64,000 nt of DNA from Mariprofundaceae bacterium (GTDB lineage: Bacteria; Pseudomonadota; Zetaproteobacteria; Mariprofundales; Mariprofundaceae). The position numbers and the translations under genes are program-made. This document shows positions 57,875-64,000 of this stretch, piece by piece. The first letter of the stretch is position 1. The number at the start of each line of letters is the position of its first letter. The notes below the pieces were generated by a model. It made no database searches. It saw only the letters and a list, made by a program, of their open reading frames with translations, and was not told where the DNA came from. The stretch covers positions 6,957-70,956 of the forward strand of contig JBNLAN010000016.1 of the NCBI GenBank assembly GCA_050302175.1, given 5' to 3'.

Positions 57875-59449
57875 ATGGATGGGGATATCAGAATCATCGG
57901 CTCGATTTCCGGAAAACAGGAAGCGGCATCCTGTATTGCCGCACTACTTACTGCATCCGAGGAAAGCCTGACACATGGCGGAGATTTTACTGGCAAGCCG
58001 ATCACCAGCATCAAAGCCTCAGCCACCCACATTCTTAAACTGCATATGGGGGGAGGATTCTCTGACGAAAAGATTGCCACTTCGTGGGTAATGCACAATC
58101 TTGAAAAAAATCGCCAGAGCGGCCTTTACCATCCTGATAAAACATGGTTTCTCATCGAGCAGGATCAAACCTGGCATGCGGGCAACATTACCCCGCGCAT
58201 GCAACCGTTGCATGTACTAATCGAGCAGTGCGGGCCAGCGCAGGCCATGAGCTGGCTCATCAAAGTTTGCAAAATCTATATCTCACACGCAGCCAACTTT
58301 CAGGATCGTCTCGATGAAGGTCTCTCTAATTTCGGATTAGCCGATGATAACCGCCTCTATTATCTCGATGACGACTTCTATACATGGGATCACTTCCTCT
58401 CATTCACGCACATGCTTGCCGGCTGGTTCCGGCACTATTCCGGTAGCTGGCTCGATGAAACAAAGGCGCGGGAACTTGGCAGACAACTATCCTCCATAAT
58501 CCACGAGGCATTCGACAATACTCCCGGCATCGATTCGGTCCATGTTGTCTATGAACACCTCGGTTCACAATTCCTGCATAACCAAGCACAGGTATGTGCC
58601 GAGCATTGTCGCCAGGAACTTATGGAAGCAAGCCACAATGTGCAACCCGAATCGTCACATAAGTCGGACGCGCTGCATCCCCATACAACGGAAGTCAGCA
58701 CATGGCTGAACGAAGATGAGCCAATCGGTGTACTCGCTGATGTGCACGCGAATCTTCCAGCATTGCGTGCGGTGCTGGAAGAACTCGATCGACAAAATAT
58801 CCAAAGAATCATGGTTGCCGGCGATATTGTCGGTTACGGCCCTCATCCGGCCGAATGCATTGAGTTATTAAGCGAACGCGGCGCAGCTTGCCTGCGTGGC
58901 AATCACGACCATATTGTCGGCACGGGCGTGCCTGTAGCAAGTATGCAGGGAAGCAGGCTCATCGCCGCAGAATGGACCATCAACCATCTTGATGAACATT
59001 ATAAACGTTGGCTAACTGCGTTACCGCTTCAATGGCGTTTCCCACCATGGATTGCTATGCATGGGGCACCCATGGACCCGACCTTCTTCAATGCTTATAT
59101 CTACGACCGCACGGCCGAACGCAACCTGCAGTGGTTACAGGCCAACCAGTTCGACTTCTGCCTGCACGGGCACTCTCACTTGCAGGGTATCTACTGGCTT
59201 AAACAAGGTAACATTCGCTACGGCAAAGGGGCACATGACGCCATCCTGCATAAAACTTCACTCATTTGTCCCGGGTCTGTGGGGCAACCGCGAGGAGGCA
59301 TTCCGGGGGCGGAATTTGCAATTCTTCGCCCAACCTCCCACAAAATACAAATGAGAATCATCGATTATGATCTTGATGAAACCATCCGGGACATGCGACG
59401 GCATCGGCTCCCCGGACAACTTATGCAACGGTTGCGTAACGGCATATAA
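57875..59449 (+). CDS. two-domain protein: unassigned (kinase-fold-like?) N-terminal domain + metallophosphoesterase
   Basis: The C-terminal half carries all five calcineurin-like phosphoesterase motifs (DVHAN, GDIVGYG, GNHDH, MHGAP, GHSH). The N-terminal ~280 aa are unassigned. Confidence 0.8.
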   Translation: MDGDIRIIGSISGKQEAASCIAALLTASEESLTHGGDFTGKPITSIKASATHILKLHMGGGFSDEKIATSWVMHNLEKNRQSGLYHPDKTWFLIEQDQTWHAGNITPRMQPLHVLIEQCGPAQAMSWLIKVCKIYISHAANFQDRLDEGLSNFGLADDNRLYYLDDDFYTWDHFLSFTHMLAGWFRHYSGSWLDETKARELGRQLSSIIHEAFDNTPGIDSVHVVYEHLGSQFLHNQAQVCAEHCRQELMEASHNVQPESSHKSDALHPHTTEVSTWLNEDEPIGVLADVHANLPALRAVLEELDRQNIQRIMVAGDIVGYGPHPAECIELLSERGAACLRGNHDHIVGTGVPVASMQGSRLIAAEWTINHLDEHYKRWLTALPLQWRFPPWIAMHGAPMDPTFFNAYIYDRTAERNLQWLQANQFDFCLHGHSHLQGIYWLKQGNIRYGKGAHDAILHKTSLICPGSVGQPRGGIPGAEFAILRPTSHKIQMRIIDYDLDETIRDMRRHRLPGQLMQRLRNGI

Positions 59450-59460
59450 TCTCCCCTCAA

Positions 59461-59488
59461 AACGAAAAAGGCGGCCCAAGGCCGCCTT
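59461..59488 (-). terminator. rho-independent terminator (minus strand; hairpin shared with convergent plus-strand gene)
   Basis: aaggcggcc-caa-ggccgcctt. On the minus strand it is followed by TTTTTCGTTTT. Confidence 0.65.
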
Positions 59489-59511
59489 CCCCGCTATCAC
59501 ACCCCCTTTGC

Positions 59512-59919
59512 TCAGGGGCAAAATGGAACCACTTCAACCAGGGCGCGACGCATCGCGGTCCAGCCCATGCCAAGATTGGCCTTTCTGGAAGTGACCATCA
59601 CAACCAGCGCATTGGGCTTATCTTTTGCGATCGCCATAAAATGGTAGGTCGCCTCTGTCGACATCTGCACTTCCTGAATGCTGTTCTTTACTTCTACCCC
59701 TCGCTGGGCACTTAAAAGTTTCTCAACAGTTGATACGGTCTTGCCACGGAACATATCAACCGCTGCAGCTGCCACCGCATCAATGTAGGATTGTGTAAAA
59801 TATGGAACGGTGTGATACGCTCCCAGCATCAACCCTGAATCGAGATCAACGACCGAGCAGGCCAAGCCTCCATCCACATCATCAACCAACGTCTTTAATA
59901 CCTCATTTAGTGTGCTCAT
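59512..59919 (-). CDS. Roadblock/LC7-like protein (paralog 3)
   Basis: 135 aa. VDGGLACSVVDLDSGLMLGA ... ALVVMVTSRKANLGMG fits the Roadblock alpha-beta-alpha pattern. 17-nt overlap with the upstream paralog. Confidence 0.65.
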   Translation of the reverse strand: MSTLNEVLKTLVDDVDGGLACSVVDLDSGLMLGAYHTVPYFTQSYIDAVAAAAVDMFRGKTVSTVEKLLSAQRGVEVKNSIQEVQMSTEATYHFMAIAKDKPNALVVMVTSRKANLGMGWTAMRRALVEVVPFCP

Positions 59920-60403
59920 GCGCGCTCCTGTTCTTCATTTCGATCATTTCATTTTTGACTCGCTCTAACAATGCTTCCGGGTTATTCAGAATATCGAGAC
60001 CCCTGATCTCCTCCCCAAAGCGTTTGGTTGCCCTGTTAATCGAATTTGCAGTCCGGCGAGCCGCGGTTAATACCAGGCCAACGTTGATTTCCGCCTTACC
60101 GATCACAGTAAGAATTAGCCCTCCGGCATGTAGAAGTACAAGGGTGCTGGATTCAGCCTGACTGATCACATTGTCGACCAGCGCCTTGCCAGCCTGCCCG
60201 GCCAGTGCATCGGCAAGCGATAACAACGATGAACTCATGGCGGCAATAGAGTCCGGCTCGATACTTGCGTCGGTGGAAGCACTGGTAACCAGCAAGCCAT
60301 CCTGTGAGGACAGCACAGCCCCGGCAATCATATCCGACTCTGTTACCAAATTACTTAATTCTCGTTCGCAGATTGAAACATCCTGATCGGTGAGCTTAAT
60401 CAT
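59903..60403 (-). CDS. Roadblock/LC7 domain protein (paralog 2) with C-terminal helical extension
   Basis: 166 aa. IAGAVLSSQDGLLVTSAS...PDSIAAMSSSLLSLADAL...GGLILTVIGKAEINVGLV is a classic Roadblock/MglB-type pattern. Confidence 0.78.
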   Translation of the reverse strand: MIKLTDQDVSICERELSNLVTESDMIAGAVLSSQDGLLVTSASTDASIEPDSIAAMSSSLLSLADALAGQAGKALVDNVISQAESSTLVLLHAGGLILTVIGKAEINVGLVLTAARRTANSINRATKRFGEEIRGLDILNNPEALLERVKNEMIEMKNRSAHEHTK

Positions 60404-60473
60404 GTGCCATACCCCTCTGCACTTCCAGTTGATAAAGCTTCTTTAGCAAACCTTGTGCCGAACACGCATTGTC

Positions 60474-60836
60474 TCATATTAGCACGGCCAGTTTGCCACA
60501 CACATCACTAAGAAGCTGTGCGGCCTTTGAGGGCACTCTGACAGTAGCCACCAGCAAAATAAAGTGGCTTTCACCTGCATCGAACCCCCTGAGCAACAAG
60601 GCATGCGGCCCCCCTTTCGGAACAATGCACACGATTCCTAACCCGGCCTCCATTCCTGAGGCATTGGCTATCTGTTCGCCGCGACGAACCCATTCGGGCA
60701 ATAGCGCCGCCAGCTCAAACTGTTCGGCGGTACCGGATTGACACACAGCAAGGCCCTCCGTGTTAATAATGGACATCCAGACAAAGTCATTCGTCCGACG
60801 CGTCTCTTCCAGAAACTGCTCGACTTTCAACTCCAT
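60474..60836 (-). CDS. Roadblock/LC7-like protein (paralog 1)
   Basis: 120 aa. FVWMSIINTEGLAVCQSG...ELAALLPEW...HFILLVATVRVP matches the length and hydrophobic periodicity of the Roadblock fold. Confidence 0.6.
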   Translation of the reverse strand: MELKVEQFLEETRRTNDFVWMSIINTEGLAVCQSGTAEQFELAALLPEWVRRGEQIANASGMEAGLGIVCIVPKGGPHALLLRGFDAGESHFILLVATVRVPSKAAQLLSDVCGKLAVLI

Positions 60837-60964
60837 TGCTTACCCTCTCCCTCTTTACTACTATCGATACACAGAGGCTGTGAACATGGTTTATCGTCCG
60901 GCTTGCCGATCAAGTCAACCATTCTCAAAAAGATTTTGGGACAGCCCGTCAACAAGGAGCAAGA

Positions 60965-62053
60965 TTGGTACCGATGGAGCTTGAACAACTGAAAGAGATG
61001 GCCGAGCTTCATCCTGGCAATCCGCGTATCCTCAGAGAGTATGCCGATGCCTTGATGGGAGCAGGGCATATCATACACTCTCGTCGCATCATTCAGCGTT
61101 TGTTCCGCCGTCTGACCAACACCGCCCGTACGGAAGAGGCGCATGAACTCATGGAGACTTATGGCAAGTGGGTTTGCGGTGAGGAGGAGACGCTACGCAG
61201 CCTCGGCGATGGCCCTTTCCTGTTGTTAAATGATAAGCAGGCGCAAGATGGATTACTCAAACGCAGCCGGAGAAAAAGACTCAAGGAGGGTGAAGTTCTG
61301 TTCCGGGCCGGCGAGCCTTCAGATGCAATGTACCTGGTGCTTGAAGGTGAACTTGCCATTTTCCTGTCATCCGGACACCAGACATCGGGCCCCACTCTGC
61401 TCAATCTGGTCAGACGAGGGGACTTGGTTGGAATGAGTGTACTGATTAAGGATCGTGCCGTACGTACCGCCGATGTGTTTGCCAACAGCAATGCCCTGGT
61501 ACTTCAGTTCAATGCGCAACAGGCGCGCGAGGCATTGGCACGATACCCTGAACTGGAATCCCTGATTGAAGAAGAAGGCACCTTGCGAGAGAGAATCACG
61601 GGTCTGGGGCATAACCCGGCATTCCTTCGTATTCCGCTCTCGGAGCGAATTGTCATCGCCGAACAAACGACAGTGATGCGAATTCACACCCCCCAGATAC
61701 TTAAAGAGGAGAATCAGGTGTGTCCGTTTGCCGCGGTTATCCTCTCAGGTGAAGTCGAGTGTTACTTCCAGCTGGGAGGTAAGCAGCATTACTCCGGAAG
61801 CCTTTATTCCGGTTCCTTGATCGGGGCCGAAAAAGTACTTGGTAACCCCCCAACTCCCAACCAGCTCGTTGCCAAAACCGGCACATCATTGCTGACCATC
61901 CCCAGGGATGTGCTCGAAGATATCGCCGACGCATCACCGGAATTTTTACAGACAGCGAAAGAGATTGCCGAACAACAAGCCTTCCAGGACAACGAAACGG
62001 TTCGCGTCCTCCATAAGCAACAAGCCTCAAGGGATAGTAAAGATGACGGATGA
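60965..62053 (+). CDS. helical N-terminal domain + two cyclic-nucleotide-binding domains
   Basis: TTG 60965 lies 5 nt after AGGAG. The first cNMP barrel carries GEVLFRAGEPSDAMYLVLEGEL...GDLVGMSVLIKDRAVRTADV. The second barrel is more degenerate. Confidence 0.78.
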   Translation: MVPMELEQLKEMAELHPGNPRILREYADALMGAGHIIHSRRIIQRLFRRLTNTARTEEAHELMETYGKWVCGEEETLRSLGDGPFLLLNDKQAQDGLLKRSRRKRLKEGEVLFRAGEPSDAMYLVLEGELAIFLSSGHQTSGPTLLNLVRRGDLVGMSVLIKDRAVRTADVFANSNALVLQFNAQQAREALARYPELESLIEEEGTLRERITGLGHNPAFLRIPLSERIVIAEQTTVMRIHTPQILKEENQVCPFAAVILSGEVECYFQLGGKQHYSGSLYSGSLIGAEKVLGNPPTPNQLVAKTGTSLLTIPRDVLEDIADASPEFLQTAKEIAEQQAFQDNETVRVLHKQQASRDSKDDG

Positions 62054-62948
62054 AGAGTTGCATCAGCAGGGTAAACACCGGGAAATGGTCCGTGAGCATA
62101 TTGAAATGCTTATGCCAATGATGAGCTCGCTACATACCAAATTCTATACGCACCTTTTCCTGATCGATCCTGCGCAAGCGACGGTATTCAATGGTAGTGC
62201 CGTCGCTCTGAACAGAAAGTTCATCAATATGATGGCGACATTCAGAAGCATCCGGCATCTCGAAAAGATGCATACAACGATTGAACACCTGAGCCAAAGG
62301 CATGTGACATACGGACTCCAGCCAGAACACATCGAGCCCTTCGGAAAGGCTTTAATCGCAGCGCTTTCGGAACAACTCGGCGATCAATTCACCGACGAAC
62401 TTCGTACGGCATGGATTAGCACTTACGATCAGGTCACGTCCATTATGAAAAGTTCCATACGGCAACACCCTGAGTGGCTGGCAAGCCAACCGGAAAAAGA
62501 GACCATGCATCTCGATGCCGGACTGCTCGAGGCGATCGGAGATACGGAGATCGTGCGTAATGTACATACCCGTTTCTATAACGAGATTTTCGAGGACGAA
62601 TGGCTGGGGCAATTCTTCTACGGCAAAAGCAAAGAGGCCCTGATCAGCAAGCAAACCAATTTTATGGTAGCCTGTTTCGGCGGTCCGAACCACTATCGCG
62701 GTGAGCCGCCGGCGCTGGCGCATATGCATATGCTGATAACTGAAGAGATGGCCCTCGAGCGTGAAAAGATTCTTCGCAAAGCCATTCTTGCTGAAGGCCT
62801 GGATGAAGAAATCGCCAAGCGCTGGCTGAAGGTCGACCGTTCGTTCTGGCCTGCCATTAACAAACAGGGAATCAATGAATGCGTAACAAAATGTTTTGGT
62901 CAGGCGCCAGCCACGGCAAAAAAGCCGACGAACTATCGTCCGCGTTAA
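62043..62948 (+). CDS. tandem globin: N-terminal 3/3 single-domain globin fused to C-terminal 2/2 truncated haemoglobin (group I-like)
   Basis: ATG 62043 overlaps the upstream gene by 11 nt. Globin 1 carries FYTHLF...LSQRHVTYGLQPEHIEPFGKALIAAL. Globin 2 carries RFYNEIFEDEWLGQFF...FGGPNHYRG...AHMHMLIT. Confidence 0.8.
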   Translation: MTDEELHQQGKHREMVREHIEMLMPMMSSLHTKFYTHLFLIDPAQATVFNGSAVALNRKFINMMATFRSIRHLEKMHTTIEHLSQRHVTYGLQPEHIEPFGKALIAALSEQLGDQFTDELRTAWISTYDQVTSIMKSSIRQHPEWLASQPEKETMHLDAGLLEAIGDTEIVRNVHTRFYNEIFEDEWLGQFFYGKSKEALISKQTNFMVACFGGPNHYRGEPPALAHMHMLITEEMALEREKILRKAILAEGLDEEIAKRWLKVDRSFWPAINKQGINECVTKCFGQAPATAKKPTNYRPR

Positions 62949-62976
62949 ATCCCTTCCTGTGAATACCGATCTTACC

Positions 62977-63426
62977 ATGATGCAGAAAGCGCTGCGACAG
63001 GCAGAGCTCGCCGCTGAATCGGGCGAAGTTCCGGTCGGTGCCGTGCTGATACTGAACGACGGGCGTGAATTCGCTGCACATAATGCCCCGATCTCCCTGC
63101 ACGATGCATCGGCACACGCCGAAATGCGCGTCATCCGCGCTGCCTGTACGGCAGTCCAAAACTATCGCCTTACCGGTGCAACGCTTTATGTCACGCTGGA
63201 GCCCTGTACGATGTGCGCCGGGCTGATCGTGCACGCACGTATCCGGCGTGTCGTCTACGGTGCTGCAGACCCCAAAGCGGGAGCTGTGGAGTCGTTATCG
63301 CAAGTGCTCCACGATACTCGTTTGAATCACCAACCCGAGGTCTTGGGCGGTATCATGGCGGAAGAGTGCAGCAGTTTACTAAAATCTTTCTTTCGCAAAC
63401 GCAGACATGCTCCAGCACCGGAATGA
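62977..63426 (+). CDS. tadA: tRNA adenosine(34) deaminase
   Basis: CDA fold with HAEMRVIRAA and TLEPCTMCAG zinc motifs. GTG 62959 is an alternative start. Confidence 0.9.
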   Translation: MMQKALRQAELAAESGEVPVGAVLILNDGREFAAHNAPISLHDASAHAEMRVIRAACTAVQNYRLTGATLYVTLEPCTMCAGLIVHARIRRVVYGAADPKAGAVESLSQVLHDTRLNHQPEVLGGIMAEECSSLLKSFFRKRRHAPAPE

Positions 63427-63502
63427 TTTTACTTATCACTGCGTCTATGATCAGTGGTAGGCGCAGGCAGTAATATTAACGCACAAATTGGAAGGAGTGG
63501 GG

Positions 63503-64000
63503 ATGCTTTATCAGTCGGTCAAACAGTTCAGCACTAAGAAGGTGCTACAGGCCTCGCCGGACAAAGAGCTCTCCGCTGCCATTGCAATAATGAACAGCGA
63601 CAAGGTATCCAGCATCATTATTTGCGAAAATCATAAGCCGGTTGGAATCGTAACAACACGGGATATTCCCGGCATTCTGCTCAGAAACAGGGATGCCCTG
63701 CACCGCCCCATATCCGAAAGCATGACGCAGCCGCTTATCACAATCGATGCCGGTTACTCTCTGATGGAGGCACTGGACATAATGACCAGTAAAGGCATCC
63801 GTCATATTCCGATTGTTGATAAAAAGGGGAAACTCGAAGCATTAATTACCGAAACCGATATTATGGATGCTGTCGGCACGACCGACCTGATGCGCAACCA
63901 GAGTACCGCCGACATCATGATCACCGATGTCGTCACAATCATGCCCGATACGCAACTGCTCGCCGCAATCGAAACGATCGCCGATAAGAGAATTGGCAGC
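63503..64000 (+). CDS. CBS-domain protein, 3'-truncated by window edge
   Basis: ATG 63503 lies 5 nt after GAAGGAG. The frame is open to nt 64000 and absent from the ORF track because it has no stop. Repeated CBS pattern present (IGIVTTRDI, HIPIVDKKGKLEALITETDI). Confidence 0.75.
   Translation, partial: MLYQSVKQFSTKKVLQASPDKELSAAIAIMNSDKVSSIIICENHKPVGIVTTRDIPGILLRNRDALHRPISESMTQPLITIDAGYSLMEALDIMTSKGIRHIPIVDKKGKLEALITETDIMDAVGTTDLMRNQSTADIMITDVVTIMPDTQLLAAIETIADKRIGS

Noticed and set aside
62352-63134. 260-aa minus-strand ORF.
   Set aside because: It is antisense to the globin fusion and tadA, both of which carry strong family motifs. The sequence is low-complexity and Arg/Cys/Ser-rich.

Overview
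This is a 64-kb, densely coding chromosomal segment from a Gram-negative, proteobacterial-type genome. I cannot assign the organism from sequence alone. The pcm-nlpD-rpoS, ihfA-merR, lolCD and ribE-ribBA-ribH-nusB-thiL-pgpA gene orders look gamma/beta/zeta-proteobacterial. I support about 70 CDS, mostly on the minus strand, 5 tRNA genes that all encode CCA, several hairpin terminators and one repeat family. I saw no rRNA and no CRISPR array.

The backbone is housekeeping:
- hemN, icd, aspS, hppA, the riboflavin/nusB/thiL/pgpA operon, trxA, trmL and tatABC.
- A two-subunit pyruvate carboxylase, serS, gyrA, apt, rpoS/nlpD/pcm and ihfA.
- lolCD, lysS, ndk, mnmA and tadA.

Three parts depart from the backbone:
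1. 9.6-11.7 kb: an AT-rich two-gene cassette of secreted proteins, bracketed by a duplicated 36-bp promoter-like element.
2. 48.7-54.4 kb: an AT-rich accessory island. It holds an IS200-like Y1/RAYT transposase flanked by a 25-55-bp repeat family, translationally coupled small membrane proteins, a fragment-like protein with its partners, and secreted proteins.
3. 56.4-63.0 kb: a signalling cluster combining a CvnD/MglA-type small GTPase, three Roadblock/LC7 paralogs, a kinase-like::metallophosphoesterase fusion, a double cNMP-binding protein and a tandem 3/3 + 2/2 globin fusion. This cluster is my best candidate for an undescribed system.

Other oddities are an Icd fused to a zinc-ribbon (DUF1451-like) protein and a cNMP-binding gene inserted between lolC and lolD.

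All family assignments come from motif and pattern recognition by eye. No database search was possible. Start codons were chosen from SD motifs and stop/start overlaps and remain provisional.
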